A stretch of DNA of 64,000 bases, from assembly GCA_963843505.1 (NCBI GenBank), contig CAWJKR010000013.1, forward strand, positions 36,775 to 100,774, written 5' to 3'. Of the stretch, positions 39,733-51,033 are shown piece after piece; the stretch's first letter is position 1; each line of letters begins with the position of its first letter. The translations under genes and the position numbers were made by a program. Below the pieces are notes generated by a model that ran no database searches, was not told where the DNA came from, and worked only from the letters and a program-made list of their open reading frames with translations. The DNA comes from Candidatus Aminicenantes bacterium (GTDB lineage Bacteria; Acidobacteriota; Aminicenantia; Aminicenantales; Saccharicenantaceae).

Positions 39733-40662
39733 ATGCTCGAGATCAAGAACCTGACCAAGTCCTACGGCGACGTCCTGGCCCTCGACCGGTTCTCCCTCGA
39801 CCTCAAGAAGGGCGAGGTCCTGGGCCTGCTCGGCCCGAACGGCGCGGGCAAGACGACGCTCATCTCCATCCTGGCCGGAACGCTCCGGGACTTCACCGGG
39901 ACGGTGAGCTTCGCCGGCCGCAATCTCTTCGGCGACCGCAGCCTCAAGAACCGCATCGGCATCGTGCCCCAGGACATGGCCTTCTACGACGAGCTCAACG
40001 CCACGGACAACCTGCTCTTCTGGGGCGGCCTCTACGACGTGCCGCGGGCCGAACTGAAGCGCCGGGCCGCCGAGATCCTCGAGCTCGTGGAGCTCTCCGG
40101 GCGGGCCAAGGAGCCGGTCAAGAACTTCTCCGGCGGCATGAAGCGCCGCCTCAACACGGCCATCGGCCTGCTCCACAAGCCCGACCTGCTGCTTCTCGAC
40201 GAGCCCACGGTCGGCATCGACGTCCAGGCCAAGGTCAGCATCCTCGAGATCATCCGCAGCGTCGGCGCGGCCGGCACCGCGGTCATCTTCACGACCCATC
40301 AGCTCGCCGAAGTGGAGACGACCTGCTCCCGCATCGCCATCATGGACCACGGCCGCATCCTGGCCCAGGGGACGCTCGACGAGCTCGTCCGCATCGTCGG
40401 CGAGCGGGACATCGTCGAGATCACGGGGGAGTTCCCCGCGGCGTCGTTCTCCGAGGCCCTCCGGGAGCTCGCCGGCGAGCGCATCGAGCTTCTCTCCGTG
40501 GCGGACAACCTGGCCTCGCTGGCCGTCGGCGCGACCGAGGAGATCCCGCGCATCATGGACCGCCTCTTCCAACGAAAGCTGGCCGTGACCGATCTGAAGA
40601 TCAAGACGCCCGGTCTCGAGACCGTGTTCCTGAAGCTGACCGGCCGCAGCCTGAGGGACTGA
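39733..40662 (+). CDS. ABC transporter ATP-binding protein (ABC-2/DrrA-type exporter ATPase)
   Basis: Inner Met MLEIKNL... of ORF 39685..40662. Walker A GPNGAGKTT, signature FSGGMKRRL, Walker B LLLLDEPTVGID. Confidence 0.9.
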   Translation: MLEIKNLTKSYGDVLALDRFSLDLKKGEVLGLLGPNGAGKTTLISILAGTLRDFTGTVSFAGRNLFGDRSLKNRIGIVPQDMAFYDELNATDNLLFWGGLYDVPRAELKRRAAEILELVELSGRAKEPVKNFSGGMKRRLNTAIGLLHKPDLLLLDEPTVGIDVQAKVSILEIIRSVGAAGTAVIFTTHQLAEVETTCSRIAIMDHGRILAQGTLDELVRIVGERDIVEITGEFPAASFSEALRELAGERIELLSVADNLASLAVGATEEIPRIMDRLFQRKLAVTDLKIKTPGLETVFLKLTGRSLRD

Positions 40663-40665
40663 GCC

Positions 40666-41909
40666 GTGCGGCGCCTGCTCCTCATCCTCCGGAACGACGT
40701 GCGCCGCCACCTCAAGGCGCCGTGGGCCATCATCATCTTCATGATCATCCCCATCGCCATGACCGGCCTCATCGGCATCATCTTCGCCCCCCGGACCGAG
40801 GGGAACGAGCTCCCGCCCATCCCGGTCCTGCTCGTCGACAACGACAAGGGCTGGCCTCGAAGCTCCTCGTGAGCTCGTTCGACGTCGACCAGATGAAGAA
40901 GATGTTCCAGGTGACCGTGACCGACGAGGCCGACGGCCGCGCCCGCATGGGGAAGGGCAAGGCCTCGGCCATGGTCGTCATTCCCCGGGGCTTCACCCTC
41001 GACCTCCTGGACGCCAAGCCGGTGACGCTCCTCGTCGTCAAGAACCCGTCCGAGCAGTTCCTGCCCGACGTCGTCGAGGAGTTCATGAACACCATGGCCG
41101 TCATGCTCTCGGGCGCCATCCAGGCGTTCTCCGAGGAGGTCAAGGGCATCCGGGCCATGCTCGACCTCAAGCCCGAAAGCATCCCCTGGGAGACCCTGGG
41201 CCCGGAGTTCGGCAAGGCCCAGAAAAAGGTGGTGGCCGCCTCGAAGTATCTGGACCCCCTGCTCATCGGCCTGAAGGAAGAAGAGACGAAGGCCGCCGGG
41301 GCCCGGCCGCAGGTCACCGCGGCCCATCTCTTCGCCGCCATCCTTCCCGGCATGGCCATCATGTTCCTGCTGTTCATCGTCCAGACGCTGATGCGCGACG
41401 TCCTCTCCGACCGCGAGGACGGCAAGCTCCGGCGCATGATGACGACCCCGCTGCGGCCGCTCGAGCTCATCGGGGCGCGGATCGCCGGCGGCTGGATCAT
41501 GGGCCTGGCCGTTCTCCTGGTCATGGTCGCCTTCGGGACCGTCGTCTTCCGCGTCAGCTGGGGCCCGTTCGGCTATTTCCTGCTGCTCGCCGTCGTGGCC
41601 GCCTTCTGGACGGCGGCGTTCTTCGCCCTCTTCCACGCCCTCGTCCGCAACCGCAACCAGGCCGGGGCCCTCGGCGCGCCCATCATCCTGGCCTTCAGCC
41701 TGTTCGGCGGATCCATGCTGGCCCCGGAGATGATGCCGAAGGCGTTCCGGGCGGTCGGCGTGGTCACGCCCAACCGCTGGTTCATCGACGGCGCGGCCCT
41801 GATCAGGGACGGCCGCTTCCCCCTGGCCAGCCTGATCGTCCTCTTCGTGAGCGGCCTCATCCTCCTGGCCCTGGCCGTCCCGGCGCTCCGCCGGCGGGTC
41901 TCGGTGTGA
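40666..41909 (+). CDS. ABC-2 type transporter permease, one apparent frameshift
   Basis: GTG start 3 nt after the ATPase stop. N-terminal TM, a large extracytoplasmic loop, then C-terminal 5-TM ABC-2 core (LFAAILPGMAIMFLLF..., GWIMGLAVLLVMVAF...). The frame changes near 40850 between ORFs 40666..40872 and 40722..41909. Confidence 0.8.
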
Positions 41910-41912
41910 ACC

Positions 41913-43047
41913 ATGAGAGGCACCAAGCGCATCCTCCACGTGGCCGCGGTCGACCTGCGGCTCATGGTCGGCGACAAGATCTTCTTCTTCTGGACGCTGG
42001 CCTTCCCGATCATGTTCATCGTCCTCTTCGGGTTCCTCTATAAGATCGAGCGACAACGCCCCGAACGTCGCCGAGCTTACCGTCGTCAACCTCGACCAGG
42101 GACGTTGGGGCGCCTATTTCATCGGCAAGATCGAGACCCCGGGCGTCGCCGTCACGGTGACCGACAAGGAGCCGGCCGAATACAGCCGCCTGATCGTCCT
42201 GCCGCCGGATTTCTCGGCCAAGATCGAAGCGCGCATCGGCCAGAGCCTGGCCTTCAAGAAGCGCGAGGGCGCGTCGTCGCAGGCGGCCGCGCGCGTCGAG
42301 ACCCGGCTCTATCAAGCCATCGCCCGGACGATCAGCGAGCTCATCCTCTACGGCGCGGGCGACCTCGCCAAGTTCCTGGACGGCCACCCGGAGTTCCGTG
42401 ATCTCGTTGTCGTGAAGGGCGAGTTCCCGGCGAATACCGTCACCGTCGTGCCGAGCGGCTTCGACCACACCATCCCCGGCACGACCATCCAGTTCATCAT
42501 GATGATGGTCCTGATCTACGGCGGCGTCTCCATCATGGAGGACCGGAAAAAGGGGATACTCGGGCGGATGCTCTTCTCGCCGCTCTCGACGGGCGAGCTC
42601 TTCCGGGCCAAGCTCCTGGCGCGCTGGCTCATCGGCCTCCTGCAGGCGCTCATGCTCTTCGTCGTCGGCAAGATCTTCTTCAAGCTCAACCTGGGCAGCG
42701 TCCCCCTGGCCCTGCTCGTCATCGCCGTCTTCGCCCTGGCCATGGCCGCGCTCAGTCTCTTCGTCGGCTCGCTCCTCAGCAAGGAGGACACGATCATCGG
42801 CCTGTCGGTCCTCATGGCCAACATGTTCGCGGCGCTCGGCGGCTGTTGGTGGCCGAACGAGATCGTGCCTCCGGCCGTCCGGACGGTGGCCAGGATCTCC
42901 CCGGCCTACTGGGCCATGGACGCCCTGCATAGGCTGACGTTCTTCCAGGGAGGCTTCGCCGATATCGCCCTGCAGGTGGGGGTCCTTGCCGGGCTGGCGG
43001 CCGTCCTCACGGTCGTCGCCGGAAAGGCGTTCCGGATCAGGGATTAG
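41913..43047 (+). CDS. ABC-2 type transporter permease (second subunit), one apparent frameshift
   Basis: MRGTKRILHVAAVDLRLMVGDKIFFFWTLAFPIMFIVLFGFLYK, then a frame change near 42040 into ORF 42157..43047 (IQFIMMMVLIYGG..., SPAYWAMDAL). Confidence 0.8.
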
Positions 43048-44446
43048 GCGGAGGAGGAAGGGTCGTCGTCGGGGGCTTCGAAGGGGGACCGGCCAGCGGC
43101 AGGATGATCCTGAAGACCGAGCCCTCGCCGACGCGGCTTTCGACCTCGATGGCCCCGCCGTGCATCCGGGCGATGGACGTGGCGATGGACAGGCCCAGGC
43201 CCGTGCCGCCCTCGCCGTTAGTCCGGACCTTGTCGACCCGGTAGAACCTGTCGAAGATGAACGGCAGGTGTTCCTCCGGGATGCCGGCGCCCGTGTCCCA
43301 GATGGTCGCGACCGCCTGATCGTCCCGGCGCGTGACGGAGGCCGTGATCGTCCCCCCAACCGGCGTATAGCGGAGGGCGTTGTCGAGGATGTTCAGGAAT
43401 AGCTGCCTCAGCCTGACCCGGTCGCCCTTGACCGTCACGCCGTCCATGGGACCGAACCTGAGCTTCAGGCCCTTTTCCTGGGCCAGGGCTTCGATGTCCT
43501 GGGTGATCTCGGCGAGGAGGCCTGTGAGATCGACCTCCTGGATGCTGATCGGCTCGGAGCCGGCGTCGCTCCGGGCCAGGACGAGGAGCTTGCCGACGAT
43601 CTCGGACATGTAGCTCACTTCCTGGCAAACGAGCTCGAGCGACTTCCGGTAATCTTCCTGGCTCCGCTGCTTCTCCAGGACGAGGGAAGATTCGGCCTGG
43701 ATGACGGCGAGGGGGGTCCGCAGCTCGTGGGAGGCGTCCGCCACGAACTGCCGCTGCTTCATGAAGGCCTCTTCGAGGCGGGCGATCATCCCGTTCAGGG
43801 TCGTGGCCAGCCGGCCCAGCTCGTCGTCGGATTCGACGTCGATGCGGCGGCTCAGGTCGCTCTCGCCGATGCCCCGGGCGATCTCGGCCATCCGCTCGAC
43901 GGGCTTGAGGGTGCGGCCGGCCAGGAACCAGCCGCCGACGCCGGCGAGGACGAGGAGGAGGATGGACGAATTCAGCATGACCAGGCGGAAGATGGCCAGC
44001 ATGCTCAGGATGTCGTTCGGCAGCCGCCCGACGACGAGGGCCATGCGCTCGGAATTGACGTTGATGGGCGCGGCGTACATGCGGACGTAGGTCCCTTCGG
44101 CCGTCTCGGCCGAGACGAAGGACTTGTCGCCGAACAAGGCCTGTTTGACGGTCGCTCCGATGTCCGCGAACTCGACGTTGGGGCCGAGGCGCTCGAAGAG
44201 GTCGGCGTTGGCGTTGTAGATCAGGACGAGCTCGTCGACCTGCCGGTCGAAGGAGATCCGGTCGCCTTCGATCCTGATGGACCTCTGGAGGTCCTCCACC
44301 CTCGCCCGGAGCGACGTGTCCAGGTTGCGATAGAGGTTCTTCCTCAGCAGGTAATAGGCGACCGTCCCGAAGACGATGAGCAGGACCGCGATGGCCACGA
44401 GGTACCAGACGGTCAGGCGGAACTTGATGCTCTTGGTGGCGATCAT
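43037..44446 (-). CDS. sensor histidine kinase (2-TM periplasmic sensor, HAMP, HisKA, HATPase_c)
   Basis: Inner Met [17 protein letters not shown]... in an ATGA overlap with the regulator stop. HAMP ...[23 protein letters not shown]-box [15 protein letters not shown] boxes [22 protein letters not shown]. Confidence 0.9.
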   Translation of the reverse strand: MIATKSIKFRLTVWYLVAIAVLLIVFGTVAYYLLRKNLYRNLDTSLRARVEDLQRSIRIEGDRISFDRQVDELVLIYNANADLFERLGPNVEFADIGATVKQALFGDKSFVSAETAEGTYVRMYAAPINVNSERMALVVGRLPNDILSMLAIFRLVMLNSSILLLVLAGVGGWFLAGRTLKPVERMAEIARGIGESDLSRRIDVESDDELGRLATTLNGMIARLEEAFMKQRQFVADASHELRTPLAVIQAESSLVLEKQRSQEDYRKSLELVCQEVSYMSEIVGKLLVLARSDAGSEPISIQEVDLTGLLAEITQDIEALAQEKGLKLRFGPMDGVTVKGDRVRLRQLFLNILDNALRYTPVGGTITASVTRRDDQAVATIWDTGAGIPEEHLPFIFDRFYRVDKVRTNGEGGTGLGLSIATSIARMHGGAIEVESRVGEGSVFRIILPLAGPPSKPPTTTLPPPPNP

Positions 44447-45114
44447 GGCACGCGCAATCGGTAGCCGGCCCCTCTCACCGTCTGGATGAGGCTGGCTTGG
44501 CCCTCCCGGTCGAGCTTCTGGCGGATGCGCCGCACGTAGACGTCGATGATGTTGGAGAGCCCGTCGAATTCGTAGTCCCAGACGCTCTCCCCGAGCATGG
44601 TCCGGGTGACCACGGCGTTCGGCCGGCGCATGAAGTACTCGAGGATGGCGTACTCCTTCGCGGTCAGCTCCAGCTGGGCGCCGTTGCGCCAAACCTCCCG
44701 GCTCTGGGGGTCGAGCGAGAGGTCGCCGACCTGGTATTTCTGGACCTTGGGCAGGACCTCGCGCCGGAGCAGGGCCCGGATCCGGGCCAGGAGCTCGGAG
44801 AAGGCGAAGGGCTTGACGACGTAATCGTCGGCGCCGCAGTCGAGGCCGGCGACCTTGTCCTCGACGCTGTCCTTGGCGGTGAGCATGAGGATCGGCGTGT
44901 TCACGTTCTTGGCCCGGAGATCGCGGCAGACGGTGAGGCCGTCCTTCTTGGGCAGCATGATGTCCAGGATGATCATGTCGAAGGGGGTCGTTTCGGCCAT
45001 ATATTCGGCCTCTTCGCCGTCATAGGCGTTGTCGACGGCGTACCCTTCCTCGAGAAGGCCTCTTTTGACGATGCCCGCAAGGCGCCTAGAATCTTCCACG
45101 ACCAGGACTCGCAT
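44443..45114 (-). CDS. OmpR-family response regulator (heavy-metal CusR/CopR-like subgroup by overall resemblance)
   Basis: Intact 223-aa ORF. Receiver MRVLVVEDS...[11 protein letters not shown]...LMLTAKD...[19 protein letters not shown]. Winged helix [12 protein letters not shown]...TVRGAGYRL. Confidence 0.9.
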   Translation of the reverse strand: MRVLVVEDSRRLAGIVKRGLLEEGYAVDNAYDGEEAEYMAETTPFDMIILDIMLPKKDGLTVCRDLRAKNVNTPILMLTAKDSVEDKVAGLDCGADDYVVKPFAFSELLARIRALLRREVLPKVQKYQVGDLSLDPQSREVWRNGAQLELTAKEYAILEYFMRRPNAVVTRTMLGESVWDYEFDGLSNIIDVYVRRIRQKLDREGQASLIQTVRGAGYRLRVP

Positions 45115-45162
45115 GTGGTCCCCTCCTGATGGAGTCTAAAGAGGCTCAAGCATACTCCTTTG

Positions 45163-45246
45163 TTCATGAATATGATATGAAAATTAAATGAATTTATCAA
45201 TAGTTATTTTAATCTAAAATTAATCTTTAATTCATAGCAGGTTCAT
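45163..45246. promoter_or_regulatory. AT-rich divergent control region with helically phased (11-bp) short repeats
   Basis: ATGAA at 45166, 45177 and 45188. TAATCT at 45210 and 45221. TTCAT (reverse complement of ATGAA) at 45231 and 45242, plus 45163. All lie within the only strongly AT-rich stretch of the window, between the divergent regulator (44443..45114) and the LuxR-type gene (45333). Confidence 0.5.
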
Positions 45247-45332
45247 TTGGCGCTGATACTTTGGCCTTCGAGGGCGCCGATCCCGGCTCCCGGATCGAGG
45301 CCCAACCGCGAGAAAACGATTGGAGGACTGGC

Positions 45333-45944
45333 ATGACCGACGTCCTGACAAAACACAACTCTCTGATGGAAAGGATCGTCAAGGAGTACGGGACCATGAT
45401 CAGGAGCTCCGTCGACAAGGCCCTGGGCGGACTGCCGTGCGCGGAAGAGATCCTATCGGAGGTCTTCTTCGCGGTCTTCATGACCTTGCGAAAGCTCGGC
45501 GAGGGCTGGGCGCCGCCGCGCTCCTTCGTCTCGACCGTCGTCAAGAACAAGGTCAACGATTTCGTGTGGCAGCACCATTGGGACAGCGACGACATCGAAG
45601 AGCTCAAGAAGCGCCGGGCCGAACAGGTCTATCAGCGGGAAGAGGTCATGGCCCAGGTCCACACGCTGACCCCGTCCGAATTCAAGGTCTTCCGTCTGCT
45701 GGGCCTCGGCCTGACGAACGAGGAGATCGCCCAGAGCCTCTTCATCTCGCCGCTCACGGTCCGGACGCACGTGAAGAGGATCCACGCCAAGTGCGACATC
45801 AAGGGCCGGGCCAAGCTGGCCCTGGCCGCCTACCAGACCTGCTATCATGAGGCCCCGGAAGGGCGGGGTGCCGATCCGGGGCCTGCTTGTCAGGACCCTG
45901 CCAAGTTCCTCAGGCCGGGGCTGCTGTCGCAGCAGCCTTCCTGA
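45333..45944 (+). CDS. LuxR/GerE-type HTH transcriptional regulator with sigma-70 region-2-like N-terminal domain
   Basis: Inner Met MTDVLTKHN... with GGAGG 7 nt upstream. C-terminal LTPSEFKVFRLLGLGLTNEEIAQSLFISPLTVRTHVKRIHAKCDIKGRAKL. Confidence 0.8.
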   Translation: MTDVLTKHNSLMERIVKEYGTMIRSSVDKALGGLPCAEEILSEVFFAVFMTLRKLGEGWAPPRSFVSTVVKNKVNDFVWQHHWDSDDIEELKKRRAEQVYQREEVMAQVHTLTPSEFKVFRLLGLGLTNEEIAQSLFISPLTVRTHVKRIHAKCDIKGRAKLALAAYQTCYHEAPEGRGADPGPACQDPAKFLRPGLLSQQPS

Positions 45945-45947
45945 GGC

Positions 45948-45966
45948 CGCGCCCTTTATCGGCGCG
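45948..45966. terminator. short hairpin between convergent genes (possible bidirectional terminator)
   Basis: CGCGCC (45948-45953) / GGCGCG (45961-45966) with a 7-nt loop CTTTATC, followed by CTTTA. It lies in the 24-nt gap between the LuxR-type stop and the Big_2 lipoprotein stop. Confidence 0.35.
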
Positions 45967-45968
45967 CT

Positions 45969-46793
45969 TTAGCGCTGCCGCAGGGCGTTCATAATGTCTC
46001 GAAGCGTCGGGTTGGGCGGAAGGCTCGCCAGCCCGGCGACCCCCGGCTCGCGCGACATGAGACTCGTCCTGTTGAGCGTGTTCATGGCGCACGTGAGCTG
46101 GCCCTGGCCCATCCAGGTCGCGCCCAGCCCCAGCCACAGCTGGGTCAGATCGCCCGTGCTCTGTCCGGGCACCGTGGATTGCAGGGTATAGACCACATCG
46201 ATCGTGAAATCCCCCTGCACCACCTGGGCCGTGAGAGCCAGCTGTCCGTTCAGCGCGACGGGTCCGGTCGCATTGGCCACGAGCGTGCCCAGGTAGGCCT
46301 GGCCCGTGACCTGGTCCCCGCCCTGGGTCAGGATGAGGTCCGTATTCAGCACCGTGCCCGACGGAAGCGTGCCGCAGAACGTGTAGAGCTCAAAATCGCC
46401 CGTGGCGCTGCAAGCCGTGACGGTGTAAGTGCCCGTCCACGTCCCGCCGTAGTTCGGCAGGCAGCGGAACTGTTTGGTCCCCGTCTTTCCTTGAAAGGTC
46501 ACGGAGATATTGACCATCCCCGAGCCGACGGCGGTGAGGACCCCCGAGCTGTCCACGGTGGCGACCGCCAGGTTGTCTGACGCCCAAGTGCCGCCTGCGA
46601 CCGCCTGATTCGTGTTGTCGGTCATCCGCGCCGTCGCCAGGATGGCCTGGATGTCGCCGATGTAGATCATGGTCTTTTCGGCCCTCAGGGTGATGTTCGC
46701 CACGGCGAGGGGCGTCGTCGCCCCCTTGCAGGCGGGCCAAACCAAGAGCAGCGCGACCAGGGCGCCCAGTGAAACGATCTTTTTCATGCTCAT
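45969..46793 (-). CDS. lipoprotein with bacterial Ig-like (Big_2) domain
   Basis: Intact 274-aa ORF. Signal peptide with Cys (LLLVWPAC). Big_2-like ARMTDNTNQAVAGGTWASDNLAVATVDSSGVLTAVGSGMVNISVTFQG. Last gene of the MCO-1 operon. Confidence 0.7.
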   Translation of the reverse strand: MSMKKIVSLGALVALLLVWPACKGATTPLAVANITLRAEKTMIYIGDIQAILATARMTDNTNQAVAGGTWASDNLAVATVDSSGVLTAVGSGMVNISVTFQGKTGTKQFRCLPNYGGTWTGTYTVTACSATGDFELYTFCGTLPSGTVLNTDLILTQGGDQVTGQAYLGTLVANATGPVALNGQLALTAQVVQGDFTIDVVYTLQSTVPGQSTGDLTQLWLGLGATWMGQGQLTCAMNTLNRTSLMSREPGVAGLASLPPNPTLRDIMNALRQR

Positions 46794-46814
46794 TCTCCTT
46801 TCCGGCTCGGTCCG

Positions 46815-49800
46815 CTAGCGCTTGACGGCGCGGCCCGGCGACGCTTTGACCCAGGCCGAGGCCGCCGACTGCCCTTTGTTCGCCCGGACCCGGGCGTAAT
46901 ATTCGACGCCGGCGTTGAGCGGGCCGCTCTCGAAGGTCTTGATCCCGGCGCCGACGGTGGCCGTGATGAGGCCGGTCTTGAATCCGGCGTCGGTGGCCAA
47001 CTGGACGGTGAAGCCGCTCTCGTTATCGGAATTGTCCGTCCACGTCACTTTGACTCTCTGAACGCCCGGTCCCTCGGACACGCGTGTGACGGAGATCCTG
47101 GACGGGGCCGCCGGGGCGGCCAGGGCCAGCGCGCCCGGCGGGGCCGGGATGGCGAGGGCGGCGGTGTTCGAATAGGCCGAGGACAAGGTCCCGTTGACGG
47201 CCTTGACCTGATAGACGACCGAGCTCGCGGCGGGCATGGTCGTGTCCGTATAAGTGACGACCGTCCCCGACGCGGCCGCGGCCGCCGGAGACGCGATCGG
47301 AACGAACGCCCCGCCATTGTCGGCGCGCTCGACGACGAATCCTGTCTCGTTGACGGAGTTGTCGGTCCAGCTCAGGAGGACGCCCGGACCGGCCTGCAGC
47401 GCGGCCGTCAGTCCGGTCGGGTCGGCGGGCGCAGCCGGGGGCTGACCCACCGAGAGGGGACCGAGGAAAGCGGACGCGGCGTTGATGACCGGGAAGCCGG
47501 GCGTATCGACGTCACCGACCAAATTGGAGGCGTAAAGGCGATAATAGGTCGTGACAGCGGGATCGAACACGGGGTCGTTGTAGGCCGTCACGTCGGCGCC
47601 GAGGGAGATCGTCGTCACGCCGGTCAGGAAGGCCGGATCGATGGACTTGTCGATGAGGTAGTTGGTCTCGTTGATGGAGTTATCGTTCCAGGCCAGGTCG
47701 ACGCCGACCGCGGCGACCGTCGCGGTGAAGCCCGTCGGGGCGTTCGGGGGGACGGCGATGGCCTGGCTGTGCATCATGTCCATCTCCTCATGTCCGAGGA
47801 GGTGGCAGTGGAGGACGTATTCCCAGCCGAAATTGACGTCATGGTTAATGACCGTTACCGGATTGCCGAACGGGTCTTTGAACCCGCCCGGTCCGCCCTC
47901 GAGCTCCTCGCCCAGGGGCTTGGACAGATCGAGCGGCCGGATGCTGTTGGGGACCTCGAAGGGCAAGGTCGGCAGGACCGGCCTCATGGCGACGAACGTG
48001 TCCTCGAGCGGATTGACCCGGACGGTCTCTTTCCAGCCCAGCTCGTTCCCGTCGGGGACGCTGACGGCGTTGTCCCAAGCCACCCGGTTGATGAGCTGGA
48101 CGTTGAACATGTGGAAATGGATCGTGTGGGTGTCGACGCCGTTGTGGGTGATCTTCCAGATCTGGGTCCCGTCCCCGAGAACGGGCGACATGGGCGTCAG
48201 GGACGTTCTGAGGAGCTCGACCGGAGGCGAGCCGTAAGGGTAGAGCGTGAATTGCTGCGCGCCGCCGCCGAGCCGGGATCTGGACCCCCAGGAAGCCGCT
48301 CATGCGGCCGTATTCGACGTCATAGGCCTCGCCCTGTTCGTCCTGGATGGCCTTGGGCTCGAACGGGATAGTGACCGCGTCCCGGCGAGGGTGTGGAAGG
48401 TCTTGGACGCGTCGTAGATCCTGCGCGTAGGGATCGGCGGGGAAGGTGCCGTCGTAGGCGGTATTGTAATACGACGTCGGGATAGAGGATGGGATCCTGG
48501 GACGACCTCGAAGACGCCCCGCTTGGCCGGATCGGGACCTTTCTGGAAGGCGAAATCGAGCTCGGCCAGGTTGACGTGGACGGGTGTCGTGGCCGTGGCT
48601 TCGACCCGGATCTGCATGATCGTCCGGGTGTTGGGGCCGTAAGCCGGGCTAGCGTCGAGGGCGCGCCGCCGGAGCCCGTCTGATCGGGGTTGCCCGTGTA
48701 GTAGTCATAGCGGGTATCGAGGGCCGGGAAAGCCGCCGGCGCGTCGTTGTAGAGGATGAGCGTCTGGCCCTCGAAGCCGGTGAAATCGACGAGGACGTCG
48801 GCCCGCTCGGCCGGCCCGAGAAGCAAGGGCGTGGCTCGAGACGTTGCCGAAGTTGAAGGTGGTCGGATTCACGTTCCAGTCGATCGGCTGGTTGTCGATG
48901 ACGTACCGGAGCGGGCAGGAAGCCGCCCTCCGTGCCGATCTGGATGAAGGACGGTCCCATCATGGCCGGGTCGGGGACGCCGCCCTCGCGGCCGTCCTTC
49001 GGCCACAGGCGCGGGAAGCCCGGCGGTCTCAGACGCCGGGACCATACGGACTTCGGTATTGAACTTGCGGCCGTCCGCGGTGATGATGGCCGGGTCGGCC
49101 TTGTAGAGCTGGAGGTTCACGAACCGGTCGTTGCAGGCGTTCAGGACCCGGAAGCGGTAGAGCCTTCGGCTCCACTTCGACGTAAGGATAGACCGTGCCG
49201 TTGACGAGCGGCGTGTCCATGAACGCCTCCATGGCCATGGACGGATTGGGCGTGCGGGCATCGTACGGCGGTCTCCCAGGGCGCGTTGAGCGGGTCGTAA
49301 TAGGGATTCGGGACGGGGCCGAAGGCGATATCTGTCGTCGGCGGCCAGAACCAGGGGCCGTAGTGCCACCGGCCGAAGGCGTTCATGCCGCTCGAGATCG
49401 TAGGGATTCTGGTTGGGCATGTAGACATGGGGCATCCAGAGATCGCCCGTGACGGGCGTCCCCGGCGTCGAGCCCCAGTTCCAGGTCGGATCCTGGGCGT
49501 CGATCGTCGGCGGCATCGACGAAGGTCTTGTCCTGGATGACCAGGGGAACGCCGACGATCGGGCAGGATCTTCTGCAGGTCCGGATTGACGCCGGTCGCG
49601 TTCGTGCCGTTGATCAGGTCCTGCTTCGACCGCGTCGGTGATCAGGTAGCCCGCGGCCTCGCCGGCATAGACGTTGAGCCGGGTGATGCCGAAGGCATGG
49701 TCGTGATAGAACATCAGCCGGGCGCTCTGCTGGTTGGTGTAATAGAGCGTCAGTCGCACTGCCGGGTCGCCCGGGTCCGGCATGTCGGGGACGTTGTAAG

Positions 49801-51033
49801 ACGCTCGACGCCCTTGGGATAAGAGGTCGTCTCTCCCGGCGGGAGTCGATCCACTGGTGGGGCGTGCCGTCGCTGATCCAGGAGGTGAATCCGCCGTGGA
49901 GATGGAGCGTCGGCGCGGTTCTGCGGTATAGGACTCAGTCCCGTTCGGGCGCCTCCCCGGCTCCCATGAGGCGTCGTGTCGACCGGGATGAAGAGGTTGC
50001 CGCCCGCGCCCGTCGGCAGGTTGTTGGTGAACTTGATGCGCACGGGGCGGTCCCTCTGGGCGACGATCAGCGGGCCCAGATAGTGGAATGCGCTGATCGC
50101 GGGATCGGTCGTATTGGTCTGCCGATAGCCGCGCAGGAGCGTCGGGGGAAGATCGGTATGCAGCTTCTCGCTGTACTGCCCGAGCTCGATCTCATAATAA
50201 TCGGACCCGGGATAAGTCGTCGTATCGGGAACGGCCACGGGGATGTACTGGCCGATGCCGTTCGCGCCCGCCGGATTGAGGCCCGCCAGCCGGTCGACGA
50301 ACTTGCGGATGCCGCCGTTGAAGGGGCCCGGGATCGCGGCGATGGCGTCGGCCACGGTCCCCGTGGTGCGGTCCGAATTCAGATGGTTCAGGGCATCGAC
50401 GAACTGCCGCAGGCCGTTGGCGAACGCCCCGCCTATGGAGATCACGACCTCGGCCCCCGTTCCGGCCGCGTCCACGACGTAAGCGACGGGCGCGGAGTAA
50501 TTGCTGCCGCGGTTGATCAGGTTGAGGCTCTTGATGACGCCCGTGAAAACGGGGTCCAGGACGGCCTCGACCTGAGCTCCGGAGCCGGTGCCGTAGACGT
50601 CCTCGACGACGACGGTCGGGGCCACGTAGCCCGTCCCGCCGTACATGAGGACGGCGCTGGCGATGGGCCCGCGGGGGACCGGACTACTGGCGTAGTTCGG
50701 GAACGGCCCGAAGAAATGCGGCACCGATCCCACCGGGGCCAGCGGCAGGGGCGCCAACGGCGCGGCCGACGCCCGGGACAAGAGCGTGCCCTTGGCCAGC
50801 TCCTTGGCCAGCGCCCGGGCGCGGATCTGTTTATACCGCTGCGCGGCGGCGCGGCGCAGCGCCGGCATATTATGCTGCTTCTTGATGCGCTCCAGCTTGG
50901 CCTCGCGGCTGACGACGCCGTACTCGGAACCGTCGGGGCGCTTGGCTTGCCGGCGGTCCTGGACGGTGCCCCAGCCGAGCGAGATCCCGGCCATGAGCAT
51001 GCTCAAAAGAATAACCCATTTCTTTTTGCCCAT
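46815..51033 (-). pseudogene. giant multicopper oxidase (MCO-1) with N-terminal extension and three C-terminal fibronectin-III domains; about 10 apparent frameshifts
   Basis: Sec signal MGKKKWVILLSMLMAGISLGWG. Cupredoxin / Cu-site motifs: LIVAQRDRPVRIKFTNNLP, HLHGG, MFYHDHA, THTIHFHMFN, WEYVLHCHLLGHEEMDMM. Three FN3-like repeats follow (LAWNDNSINETNY..., LSWTDNSVNETGFVVER..., VTWTDNSDNESGFTVQ...). The first 437 aa and last 458 aa are intact ORFs; the middle is fragmented. Confidence 0.8.

Noticed and set aside
45918-45938. 8-bp stem hairpin GGCTGCTG-TCG-CAGCAGCC near the end of the LuxR-type gene.
   Set aside because: It lies inside the coding sequence (...GLLSQQPS) and has a minimal 3-nt loop. 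The short hairpin in the true intergenic gap (45948-45966) is the better terminator candidate.
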